Shown: positions 47,821-60,835 of the stretch, piece after piece | Layout of the letters: each line of letters starts with the position of its first letter | Numbering within the stretch: the stretch's first letter is position 1 | Translations under genes and position numbers: made by a program | The notes under the pieces: generated by a model | Database searches by the model: none | What the model saw: only the letters and a program-made list of their open reading frames with translations | Told to the model about the DNA's origin: nothing | Source: Pristiophorus japonicus | Taxonomy: Eukaryota | Direction of reading: 5' to 3' | NCBI RefSeq assembly: GCF_044704955.1 | Contig: NW_027252669.1 | Span: forward strand, 620,001 to 684,000 | DNA length: 64,000 nt

Positions 47821-48534
47821 TATACATTGTACTTCACAAGACAATGTCTGTTTGTTGTCAAACGAGGCTCAGTATGTCTCACTTTTGACTCGGTCTCAGA
47901 TAATTTCGTGATAAACTCCCACTCCAGGGACTATAAGTCAATTTATTGTAAAACAGACCCTGTCTCAGTTATTTCTGGACTTGACCTTGCATTTGTTCGA
48001 TAGACAAAAGATATATAGATGGATCGAATATGTAAATAAAGATATATATATGTGTGTGTGTGGGAGGATGCAATAATTTTTGATTAGAACATAGTTTTAG
48101 TTTCGTTAATAGCTATCAAGTTTTGTGTGCAATGTCTCATTGATCTGGTATTGTGTGGCAATATTTCTGTTGAGAAGATGGGGTGAATCTTGTAACATCT
48201 CCCAGAGATGGACTGGGATTGAGTGGCAGGACTGAAGGAGAGCCATTCACTGCACCGTGCACTACTGAGTGGCAAGCTGTGTGTTAAAGATCACTCATTC
48301 ACACTTGTGTTGTCCTGTGCCAATTTCTCCCAGTTCTTTAATGTTGAGGATTGTGTTTCATGCAGTATTTTCTATTGAACTTTCACATGGCCCACTGATT
48401 GTGCCAGAGAGAGCCTGGAACTGGGACTTCACAGCACCGGCAGATGGGTGGCGGCAGGGTCCTAATGTCCAGGAACAAATGATCACATTAAGTTGACACG
48501 AACTGAAGTGTGCACACACAAAGTGTTTGCTATA

Positions 48535-48632
48535 TGTGTATTTGTGTGTGTATGTGTGTGTGTATAAGAGATTGTGTGTGTATATGTGTGTGTGTATGTG
48601 TGAATACGTTTGTGTCTGTGTCTGTGTGTATG
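48535..48632. repeat. Imperfect (TG)n microsatellite within duplicated unique block (paralog 61550-61680)
   Basis: Direct inspection. Confidence 0.9.
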
Positions 48633-50349
48633 TACAAAACACATCATTAATAGTGCACAGCACAAAGATAAATGATTAGCTTCAACCATTATTTTTCAGC
48701 ATTTTATTGTCTTCAACAGCTAATTGCAGATCGTTTAATCCTTTAATGTTTATTGCTAAAACATTGTCTTGCGTGCTCTTGTTTAGAACGTGATGTCACA
48801 CTTACCATTGCATTCCCAAGGTGGCCATGTCTGTCCGCAGTATTCAGTGGGAAAGGGGATTAAATCACACCGAGCATAGCCAGTCTCTGAGCTTTATTGT
48901 CCAGTGATCACCTCAGCATCACACAGAATCCCCTGATGTACACCTTGCGTGTGGGATTATTGGTGCAAGTGATGGTAAAAATGAAACTGCACCTGTACCT
49001 GGAATGAGATTAATAAATCTGTAATTACCTGACTTATTGTTTCTCTCATTTCACCGGGTCCGGTCACAGATTTTACTGCACTAGATACAGTCTCAGTTCA
49101 TATGGTTGATGTGGTGGACTTCCAAAAGATGTTTGATAAAGTGCCTTGATAATATCCTTGCCAGCATAGTTGAAGCCCACAGCATAAAGGGGATAGTGGC
49201 AGCATGGATATGAAATTGGCTGAGTGACCGCAACCAGAGAGTAGTGGTGACCGGTTGTTTTTTTTGGTTGGAGGAAGGTATACAGCGGTGTTCTGCAGCG
49301 GTTGGTACTAGGAACACTGCTATTCTTGATTTATATTCATGACTTACATTTGGGTGTTGGGGAACAATTCAAAATTTTCAGATGACACATAGCTTGGAGG
49401 TATAGTGAACAGTGTCATAGTGATGACTTCAAGAGGACATAGATGTGTTGGTGGAATGGGTGGACACATGGCAAATGAAACGGAGAAAGGTGTGACGTGA
49501 TACATTTTGGTAGGAAGAATGAGGAGAGGCAATATAAACTAAAGGGTAGAATTCTAAAGGGGGTGCATGAACACTGTGACCTGGGGGGATTTGTGCACAA
49601 ATCATTGAAGATGGCAGGGCCGGCTGAGAAAGTGGTTAAAAATATTATGGGATCCTGGGCTTCATAAATAGACGCACAAAATACAATCAAAAGGAAGATA
49701 TGATGAACATTAAAAAACACTGGTTCAGCCTCAAGTGGATAATTGTGTCCAATTCTGGGCATCGCACTTTAGGAAGGATATGAAGGTCTTACAGAAGACT
49801 CAGAAAATATTTACAAATGTGATTCCACGGATAAGGTACTTCTGTTACATGGATAGTCTGGCGAAGCTGGGGTTGTTCTCATTCGAGCAGGGAAAGATCA
49901 GATGAGATTTGAGAGAGGTGTTCAGAAAAACAAACAGCCTAGACAGAGTAGCTGGAGAGAAACTGTTCCAATTAGTGGCAGGGTGGAGAACAGAAGACAC
50001 ATATTTAAAGTATTAGCCGGAAGAACCAAAGGTGACATGAGGAAAACTTTTTTAAGCAGCGAGTGGGGAGGATCTGGATTGCACGGCCTGCAAGGGTGGG
50101 GGAGTCAGAATCAATCATGAAGTTGCAAAGGGAATTGGATAAGTTCCTGAAGGAAGACAATACACAGGTCTATGGGAAACGGCGGGGAAGTGGACTCGCT
50201 GAAATACTCTTGCAGAGAGCGGCACGGGCTATATGGGCCGAATGGCCCTCTTCTTTTCTGTAACCATTCTATGATTCTATAATACACCAGGCCCACTCTC
50301 AGTTATTACTACACTAGACCCAACCTCAGTTTATATTACCCCATCCATC

Positions 50350-50740
50350 ACATTAAATATTCACTCCCTCCACCACCGGCGCACCATGTCTGCAGTTATT
50401 ACTATCCACAAGATGCATTTCAGGAACTTGCCAAGACATCTTTGGCAACACCCCACAAACCTGCGAGCTCTTCCACCGAAAAGGACAAGGGCAGCTGGCT
50501 GAATGTAACACCATCACCTCCACGTATCCCTCCAAATCACAAACCATCCTTACTTGGAAATGTATTACCGTTCCTTCATAGTCGCTGGGTAAAATTCGTG
50601 GTACCCCCTCCCGAACACTGTTGCAGTCCCTTCACGGCATGGTCTGAAGCGGTTCAAGGCGACAGCTCACCACCTGCTTCGAAAGGCCAATTAGTGATGG
50701 ACAATCGATGTCGGCCTAGTCACCGACACCCACACCCACA
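50350..50740 (+). mobile_element. 3' fragment of a CR1/L2-group LINE (paralogs 26425-26600, 53545-53930, 63415-63800)
   Basis: attcactccctccaccaccggcgcacc..ccgttccttcatagtcgctggg (IHSLHHRR..SFIVAG..W..LP pattern). Confidence 0.6.
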
Positions 50741-53700
50741 TGCCAGGAACTAATAAAACAATGTCCCTGTATCAGTAATTACTGCACTGGGCCCTACCTC
50801 AGTTACAACTGCACATGAACTACTAATATTGTTCTAGGCCTGTCTCAGATATTACTGGAATGTGCCATACCTTTGTTTTTGTTACGCAAGACCCTTTCTC
50901 TGTTCATATTAAACTAGACAAGGACACTGTTTACATTACACTCACTCCATTCTTCCATATTACTTAACCTCTACCATGTCTCTGTTTGTGTGAGACTAGA
51001 TCCTGTCACCGTTATAACTGCACTAGAACATGCCTCTGTTTATAATAAAGTAGACCAAGTCAGTGTTTATGTTACATTACACCCTGACTCAGTTATTTTG
51101 CACTAGACCCTGTAACTCCCAGGGCATGTAAGCATGTGCCAGAAACAGAGGAAAGTGCACACTGCACTGCTCCATCAAACACTCCCAGAGCAGGTACAGC
51201 ATGTCTCAGGTAAAGTGTAATGCTCCCTCTGCACCGTCCCATCAAACACTTCCAGGGCAGGTACAGCACGTTGTAGATACAGATTAAAACTCCCTCTACA
51301 TTGTTCCATTTAATATTCCCACATCCTTTAATGCACTGGTCATATTTTGGAATAAAGCTCCCTCTGCGCACTCCAATCAATTTGGTTCGAGGCATATCAT
51401 TAGGGCTCAAGGACAACTTTTGTTAGATGTTGAAATCTGGTTGTGGGGGAATGTCAATGATCTATTCTTGAGAGACAAGATGGAAAGTGGAAATAGGAGA
51501 GGGAGAGTATACAGGACATCTCCACTGACACATTTAAGATGTCACTATGTACTGTGACTAGAATCTTTCTCCATTCTGTCCATGGGTATCATCTATAATT
51601 TATTCTCCTATAATTTCGAGAAATGTACCAAAAAACAATTTTTGCTGGCATCCGTTGAGACATTGACCAGAGGAGTGTTCTACAATTGCACTGATGTGTG
51701 AGCTTTTCACATATCGCAAAGTGTATTTTAAACCGTTGACATTTAGAAACAAGTTACATTTATGCAGTACATTTCATGACCGCATGATGTTCCAAAGTGT
51801 TTTACAGCCAATGAATTATTTTGGAAGTGTGTTTCTTGTTGTAATGCAGGAAATGTGGCAGCCAATGTGAGCACAGCAAGATCCCACAAACAGCAATGAT
51901 CAGATAATCTCTTCTTCAGATGTTAGTTGAAGTTTAAATATTTGCGCTGTGAACTCTGGAGATCTTCTCTGCTCTTCAAGGTAGTGCCTTGAATCCTTTA
52001 AATCCAACTGAGTGGGAAGATTGAACCTCAGCTTAATGTCTGCACCGAAAGATTCCCACTGGGTCCATACAAATGTCTCAGAGATTCCGCAAAGGAACAT
52101 CTGGAAGTGCGCGAGGCAGAGGACTCGCCAATTCTGCTGACGATACGAAGGTTGGTGGCAAACCGAACTGTGAGAAGGACACGAAAAATCTGCAGAGGGT
52201 TATAGACAGGCTAAATGAGATGGCAAACATCTGGCAGATGGAGTATAATGTTGGATAACGTGAGATTGTCCACTTTGGCAGGAAAAATAGAAATGTAAAT
52301 TAAGATTGCACTGGAGAAAGATTACAAAGTGCTGCAGTACAGAGGGATCTGGGGGTCCTTGTGCATGAAACACAAACAGTTAGTATGTCGGTACAGCAAT
52401 TAGTCAGGAAGGCAAATGGAATGATGGCCTTTATTGTGAGGGCGATGGAGTATAAAACGAGAGAAAACCTGCTACAACTGTGCAGGGTATTCACGATGTA
52501 GATTCCGGAGAAGAGGCTGGTTGACTTATGATGATCGTTTGAGTAAGTTGGGCTTATACAAATTGGAGTTCAGAAGAGTGAAAGATGAACTTACGTAATA
52601 TATAAGATGATAGTGAGGACTTCAAGAGAACATAGACATGCGGTTGGAATGGGTGGACACATGGCAAAGAAACGGAGAAAGGTGTGACTTGAAGCATTGT
52701 GGTAGGAAGAATGAGGAGAGGAAACTTAAACTAAAGGGTACAATTCGAAAGGGGGTTCATGAACACAGAGACCTGGGGGTACGTGTGCAAAAATCATTGA
52801 AGTTGGCAGGGCCGGCTGAGAAAGTGGTTAAAAAGATTATGTGATCCTGGGCTTCATAAAGAGAGGCATAGAATACATCAGAAATGAAGTTATGATGAAC
52901 GTTTGTAAAACACTGGTTCAGCCTCAACTGGAATATTGTATCCAACTCTAGGCACTGCACTTTAGGAACGATATGAAGGCATTAGAGAGGATTCTGAAAA
53001 AAATTACAAACACGGTTCCAGGGATAAGGTCCGTCGGTTACATGGATAGTCTGGAGAAGCTGGGGTTGTTCTCCTTAGAGCAGAGAAATTGAAATGAGAA
53101 TTGATAGAGGTGTTCAGATTCATCAGCGGTCTCGATAGAGTAGCTGGAGAGAAACTGTTCCCATTGGCGAAAATGTCGAGTACAGAGGACACAGATTTAA
53201 GTTGATCAGAAGAAGAACCAAAGGCGACATGGGGAAAACATTTTTACGCAGCGAGTGGTTAGGATCTGGAATGCATGGCCTGAAAGTGTGGTGGGGACAG
53301 ATTCAATCTTGGCATTCCAATGGTAATTGGATAAGTGCATGAAGGAAGAAAATTCACAGGGCCACGTGAAAGGGCGGGTGAGTGGATTGGCTGAAATACT
53401 GTTGCAGAGAGCGTATTGGATTTTATGGGCTGAAAGGGCTCATTTTGTGCTGTCACCGTTCTACAATTCGATAATACACCAGAGCCTGTCTCAGTTATTA
53501 CTATATTAGACCCTGCTCCAGTTTATATTACCCCATCCACCACGTAAAATATTCACTCCCTCCACCACCGGCGCACCATATCTGTGGGGATTACTATCCA
53601 AAAGATGCATTGCAGCAACTCGCCAAGACATCTTCGGCAGCAACTCCCAAACCTGCGACCTCTTCCACCTAGAAGGACAAGGGCATCAGGTTCATGGGAG

Positions 53701-56700
53701 CAACAGCACCTCCACGTACGCCTCTAAATCACACACCATACTGACTTGGACATTTTTCAGCATTCCTTCATAGTCGCTGGGTCAAATTCATGGCATCCTC
53801 TCCCTAACACTGTGGGAGTCCCTTTATCACACGGTCTGCAGCGGTTCAAGGTGGCAGCTCACCAACTGCTTCCCAAGGGCAATTCGGGAAAGACAGTCAA
53901 TGTTGGTCTAGTCACCAAGACCCACACCCACATGTCAGGCACCAATAAAACAATGTCCCTGTATCAGTAAGTACTGCGCTGGGCCCTACAACAGTTAATA
54001 CTGCACCAGAACTACTAATATTGTTGTAGGCCCAGTCTCAGATATTACTGGAAAATGCCATCCCTTTTTTCTATTACACAAGTCCCTGTCTCTTTTTATT
54101 TTAAACTAGACAAGGACACTTTTTTATCTAGCCCCATTCTTTCATATTACCAAATTAGACCTTGTCTCTGTTTATATTAAACTAGACCCTGCTTCAGTTG
54201 TTACTGCATTAAACCCTGCAAATCCCGGGGCAGGTACAGCATGTGTCAGATACAGAGTAAATCTCCCTCTCCACTGCCCCATCAAAGACCCCAAGGGAGG
54301 TACAGTATGGGGTTGATTCACTGAAAAGCTACCTCTACATTGTCCCATCAAACACTCTCAGATCATTTAATGCACAGGTCATATTTTGGATTAAAGCTCC
54401 CTCTGCGTACTCCAATCAATTTGGTTCGAGACATATCATTAGGGCTCAAGGAAAACTTTTGTTCGATGTTAACATCTAGTTGTGGGGGAATGACAATTAT
54501 CCATTCTTGAGAGACAAAAATGAAAGTGGAAATAGGAGAGGGAGAGGATACAGGAATTCCCCACTGACACATTTGTGATGTCACTATATATTGTGACTAG
54601 AATCTTTCGCCATTCTGACCGTGGTTATCATCTTTACTTTATTCTCCTATAACTTAGAGAAATATACCAAAAAATTATTGTTGCTGGAATCTGTTGAGTC
54701 ATTTGCATTTCTTTCTCTGTTTATTTCTCTGCTGTATTGGTGGGGAAACATTTATTGTGTTTCTGTCGCTCAATACTCTAATCTGGGTGTTCTATTTCTG
54801 TGTTTATTTATATAAACGCCACACTCGTTCACATGAAGTGTTCATGACAGCAAAATCAGATCAACAGAGGCAATTATTGATTCGTTTCAACTCACAACAA
54901 GATTTATTTTAAGAATATTTACAGTTGGAAGAACATTAATGGAAATATCTCGAAAAGTGACTTTGGCTTAACTTTTATTCAATTAGAACAGATGTGATTT
55001 ATATCAAAGGGAACAAATATTAAAATTAAAAATTCAGTTCTGAAAGCTCTGTTGCCGAACAGACTGCTATTCCACTGGAACTCCCGTTAGTGGAAGATTT
55101 AAGCCATTGAAACTAAACAAGTTAAACCAGTGACCAGAGGAGTGTCCTACAATTGCATTGATGTGTGAGCTTTTCACATATCGCAACTTTTATTTTCAAA
55201 TGTTGACATTTAGAAACATCTTGCATGTATATAGCACCTTTCATGATCTCATGATGTCCCAAAGTGTTTTACATACAATGAATTACTTTGGAAGTGTGAT
55301 CACTGATGAAATGTCGGAAATGTGACAGCCAAATTGCACACAGCACGATCCCACATACAGCAATGAAATAATGATCAGATAATTTGTTTTTCAGATGTTG
55401 GTTGAGGGATAAATATTTGCCTTGGAAACCCTGGAGAACTCCTGTGTTCTTTAAGATAGTGTCATGAGTCCTTCAAATCCAACTGAGTGGGAAGATGGGA
55501 CCTCAGTTTCATGTCTGCCATGAAAGACGTCACCTCTGACCGTTCAGCACTGCCTCAGTACTGGCATCGGGCGTGTTGGCATAGATTATGGGCTCAGGTC
55601 TCTGGAGTGGGGTTTAGATTCTGTGACTTTCTGTGTCAGAGGATAGAGCGATCCCACTGAGCCGAGGCTTGAACATATCTGAGCTTATATTTTAAAATGT
55701 TGCCATTCAGCTCATCGTGTCTGAAGTTCAGGGCCCGAGCCCAGACTTACACCGATCTGTTAAATTATCAGGGGCGAGTTCTCTTCTCTTGCATGGGATG
55801 TCATTCCCACGCTGGGATTTCCACCGCATCCATATAAAAGTGTCAGTGATTCCGCAAGGAACCTCTGGAAGTGCCCGAGGCAGCAGGACTCACGGAACTT
55901 GAGTTTTACACTGTGTGAGCTGCACCATCAGATCAGCTACAAGCTGGGACTGTTCTCCTTAGAGCCCAGCAGGTTATGGGCCACTGAATCGAGATGTTCA
56001 AAATCATGAGGAGATTTGATCGGGTAAATTGGGAGAAAATTCATCGCCATCTCCCACCATCTCTACGTCCCTCCACCCGTCTTTCCTTCCCTCCCTCCCT
56101 TCATTTCTCCCTCCAATCCTGCTGACCTCCATACATCCATCTCACCCTCCATCAATCGCTTCCCCTTGCACCATCCCTCCCTCTCTCCGTCCAGTCCTCC
56201 ACCCCTCCATCACTCCATCCCTCCCTTGCTCTACTCCTCCCTCCCTCCATCCCTCCCTCAGCCCAACTGGTTCTTATTTTTTCCTATCATCGTTGAGGAT
56301 TCCTCAGCTGGATTTTTCTGAATCCAATTCCTTCACCGGAATTTCATATATATTAACAAATAAGAGAGAGAGAGCGAGGATAAATATATAAAAAAACTGA
56401 CAGAAATAAAATTGTGATCATTGCTGAGAGGGAGTTGGCTGGGGAACTGGCACTGGGAAGAAATTCTAGTTGGAGCACTCAGGGTATTTTTCATTTTTAA
56501 AATAAAACAAATAAGGGGACTAGTTTAAAAACTTGTTTTAAGACATCGTCGACTTTCAGATGCTCTTTTTTCCACCCCCTTCTCGCTGTTGAGGACGGGC
56601 CAGTGCCCGGCTGGAGCTCGCGGCCATTGTGTGTACTGGATGGTAAGACTCATGCTCTCGCTATGCGGACAGACTTGAAGAAGCTGGGGCTGTTCTCCTT

Positions 56701-57149
56701 ACAGCAGATAAGGGTGAGGGGAGATTTACCAGATTGGTACCAGGGATGAATGACTAGAAACACTAGTTCGGCCCCAGCTGGAGTATTGTGTCCAAATCTG
56801 GGCACTACACTTACATTAAAACTTACGAAAGGCTGAAGAAGAGATTTACTGCAAATGCGACAGGGATGTGAGATTCAAATTATGTGGAGTGACTGGAGAA
56901 GCTGTGGCTGTTCTCCTCAGAGCAGAGAAGGTTAAGAGGAGATTTAGTAGATTAATAACGGGCAGCGGAAGGAACATGCATCAAATAAGTCGCAACCACC
57001 CTTTCCTTCAACGACTCTCTTTCCCACCTGTGACATGGACAGTAATTCCTGTATTGGACTGTTCAGTCACCTATGAACTCACTTTTCGAGTGGAAGCACG
57101 TCTTCTTCGATTTCCAGCGACTACCTATGCCTATGATGATGAACAAGCA

Positions 57150-60100
57150 TGAGGGACTTCACTTAATGTGGAGACACTGGAGAAGATTGGATTGTTCTAC
57201 TTGGAGGATAGAAGGTAAAGGACATGTTTAAATGAATAGTACCAAAAATGAGGGACTGCAGTTATTATGGAGAGACTGGAGAAGATAGGATTCTCTTCCT
57301 CAGAAGAGAGAAGACCAAGAGGAGATTTGATAGAAGTGTTTAAAATCATCAAGGGGTTAGATCGAGTAATTAAATAGAAACTGTTTCAGATGTAAGGTGA
57401 TTGACAAAAGAACCAGCGGTGATATGTGGACGAACTTCTCTATGCAACCACTGGTTAGGACTTGGAGAGTACGGCCTGATCGGCTGCTAGATATAGATTC
57501 AAGAGTAGCCTTCCAAAGGAAATTGTATAAATCCTGAAGGAGACCAAAATGCAGGGATATCGCTAAAAATCGGGGGAGTGGGACTAACTGGATTGCTCTT
57601 CGAATCTGCTGGCTTAGACCCTTTGGGCTGAAATGTCACCTTCTGTGCTGCACGAATCTATGAATGACCGTAACATGGACGAATTTCAAATTCAGTTGGC
57701 GGGTGAGAGAATTCGTCCCCAAACTAGTGGCTGAAGCTTAAATACAGGGGGCTGTAAAAGTATGAAGGCAGAGTTGGCTAAAGTGGACTGGGAATATAGA
57801 TAAAAGAAGGGAGGGTTGATGAGCAGTGGCAGACATTTAAGTAGATATTTCATAAATCTCATTAAAAATATATTGCGATGAGGAGGCAAGACGATAAGAA
57901 AAGCTATAACCATCCATGGCTAACTGAGGAAATAAGGGATGGTATCAAATTGAAAACAAATGCGTACAATCTTGCCAAGACTAGTGGGAGGCCAGAGGAT
58001 TGGGAAACTTTTAAAAGCCAGCAAAGAACAACTAAACAGATGATGAAGAGAGGAAAGATTGATTACGAAAGTAAACTAGCACGAAATATTAAAAACAGAT
58101 AGTAAGAATTTCTACAGCTCCATAAAAAGGAAAAGAATGGCTAAAGTAAATGTTGATACCCTGGAGGATGAGACTGGGGAAATAATAATGGAGAACAGGG
58201 AAATGGCAGAGAAGTTAAACAAATATTAGTATCAATCCTCACCGTAGAAGACACTGAAAACATCCCAATAGTGGATAATCAAGGAGCTATATAGAGGGAG
58301 GAACTTATTACAATCACTGTCAGTAACGAAGTAGTACTCAGTATAATAATTGGACGAAAGGCGGACAAGTCCCCTGTACTGATGGCTTACATCGGAGGGT
58401 CTTAAAGAAGTGGTTGCAGAGATAGTGGATGCATTGGTTGTAATTTACCAACATTTCCTGGAATAGAAGCATAGGAATATAGAAACATAGAAAATAGGTG
58501 CAGGAGTAGGTCATTCGGTCCTTCGAGCCAACACCACCATTCAATAGGATTATGGCTGATCATTCCCTCAGTACCCCTTTCCAACTTTCTCTCCATACCC
58601 CTTGATACCCTTTGACGTAAGGGCCATTTCAAACTCCCTATTGAATATATCCAATTAACTGGCATCAACAACTCTCTGCGGCAGGGAATTCCACAGGGTA
58701 ACAACTCTCTGAGTGAAGAAGTTTCTCCTCATCTCAGCCGTAAATAGCCTACTCCTTATCCTAAGACTATGTCCACTGGTTCTGGACATGCCCAACATCG
58801 GGAACATTCTACCAGCATCTAACCTGTCCCGACCCAACATAACCTTGGGGTACTGAAGTTACATGTTCAGCCATGAACTCATTGAATGGCGGAGCATGCT
58901 AGAAGGGCCGAATGGCCTACGCCTGCACCTATTTTCTATGTTTCTATGTTTCTATGAGATCCCCTCTCATCCTTCTAAACTCCAATGTATAAAGGCCCAG
59001 TTGATCCAGTGTCCTCTCATATATCAGTCCAGCCATCCCGGGAATCAGTCTGCTGAACCTTCGCTGCAGTCCCTCAACAGCAAGAACCTCCTTCCTCAGA
59101 GTAGGAGACCAAAACTGAACACAATATTCCAGGTGAGGCCTCATCAAGGCCCTGTACAACTGCAGTAAGACCTCCCTGCTCCTATACTCAAATCCCTTAG
59201 CTATGAAGGCCAACATACCATTTGCCTTCTTCACCGCCTGCTGTACCTGCATGCCAACTTTCAATGACTGATGAATCATGATACCCAGGTCTCGTTGCAC
59301 ATTTTCGTTTCCTAATCTGTCGCCATTCAGATAATATTCTGTCTTCGCGTTTTTGCCCCCAAAGCGGATAACCTCACATTGATCCGCATTATACTGCATC
59401 TGCCGTGCATTTGCCCACTCAGCTAACCTGTCCAAGTCACCCTGCAGCCTCTTTCCCCCTCACAGCTCAAACCGCCACCCAGTTTCGTGTCATCTGTAAA
59501 CGTGGAGATATTACACTAAATTCCTTCATCTAAATCATTGATATATATTGGAAAGAGTTGGGGTCCAAGCACTGAGCCCTGCGGCAATCCACTACTCACT
59601 GCCTGCCATTCTGGAAAAGGACCAGGTAATCCCGATTCTCTGCTTCCTTTCTGCCAACCAGTTCTCTATCCATGAGAGGATTGGCTAACTAACAAATCGG
59701 AGAGTAGGGATAAATGGTTCATTTTCCAGTTTGCAAATATTGACTGGTGGAGTGCCGCAGTGTTCGGTGCTGGGTCGTCAAGTATTCACAAACTGTAGTG
59801 TTGACTTAGATGAAGGGACCGAGTGCAATGTTACCGCGTTTGCTGATGATGCAAAGATGGGTGGGAAAGCAAATTGTGAGGTGGACACAAACAATCTACC
59901 ATAGGATATCGACAGGTTAAGTGACTGGGCAAAACTGTACAGGGTATTGGTGAGGCCATCCCTCGAGTACTGCGTACAGTTTTGTTCTCCGTATTTAAGG
60001 AAGGATACACTAGCATTGGAGGCTGTTCAGAGAAGGTTCACTAAGTTGAATGTGGAGATGAGGCGATTGATTTATAAAGATAGTTTGAGAAGGCTGGGCC

Positions 60101-60522
60101 GATACACATGGGAGTTCAGAAGAATGAGAGATGAGCTTGTGGAAACACATAAGATAATGAGGGGGCTCGACAAGGTGGCTGCAGAGAGGATATTTCCACT
60201 CATAGGGGAAAATAAAACTAGGGGACATAGTCTCAGAATCAGGGGCCGCTTATTTAAAACTAAGATGAGAAGGAATTTATTCGTTCAGTGACTTGTAAAT
60301 ATATGGAATTCTCTGCCGAGAGAACAGTGGAGGCTGAGTCAATGAATATATTTAAGGCGGAGAAAGACAGATATTTGAGTGAAAAGGGAATAAAGGGATA
60401 TGGGGAGCGGGCAGGGAAGTGGAGTTGAATCCATGATCAGATCATCCATGATCGTATTAAATGGCGAAACAGGCGCGAGGTGTAAGGTGGCCGATTTCTC
60501 CTCCTATTTCTTATGTTCTTAT
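57150..60522. mobile_element. CR1 mosaic: plus-strand element with a younger minus-strand CR1 (58470-59672) nested inside
   Basis: ORFs 58944-59435 (-) and 59947-60291 (+) encode CR1 ORF2 C-termini. Confidence 0.88.
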
Positions 60523-60524
60523 AT

Positions 60525-60835
60525 TTATATTACACTAGACACGGTCTCTGTTTATATTACATTAAGCCCTGTCTCTATTTATTTACACTAGACCCTGTCT
60601 CTGTTTATATTACACTAGATCCTGTCTCTGTTTATATTACACTCGGCACTTTCTCTTTTTATATTACACTCGACCCTGCCTCTGTTTATATTACACTAGA
60701 CCCTGTATTTGTTTATATTTTACACGACCCTGTGCCTGTTTATATTACACGAGACACTGTCCCTATTTATATTAAACTAGGCCCAGTCTCTGTATATATT
60801 ACAATAGACCCTGTCTTCCTTTATGTTGCACTGGG
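60525..60835 (+). repeat. 27-bp minisatellite array
   Basis: ITLDPVSVY-coding repeat units. Confidence 0.93.
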
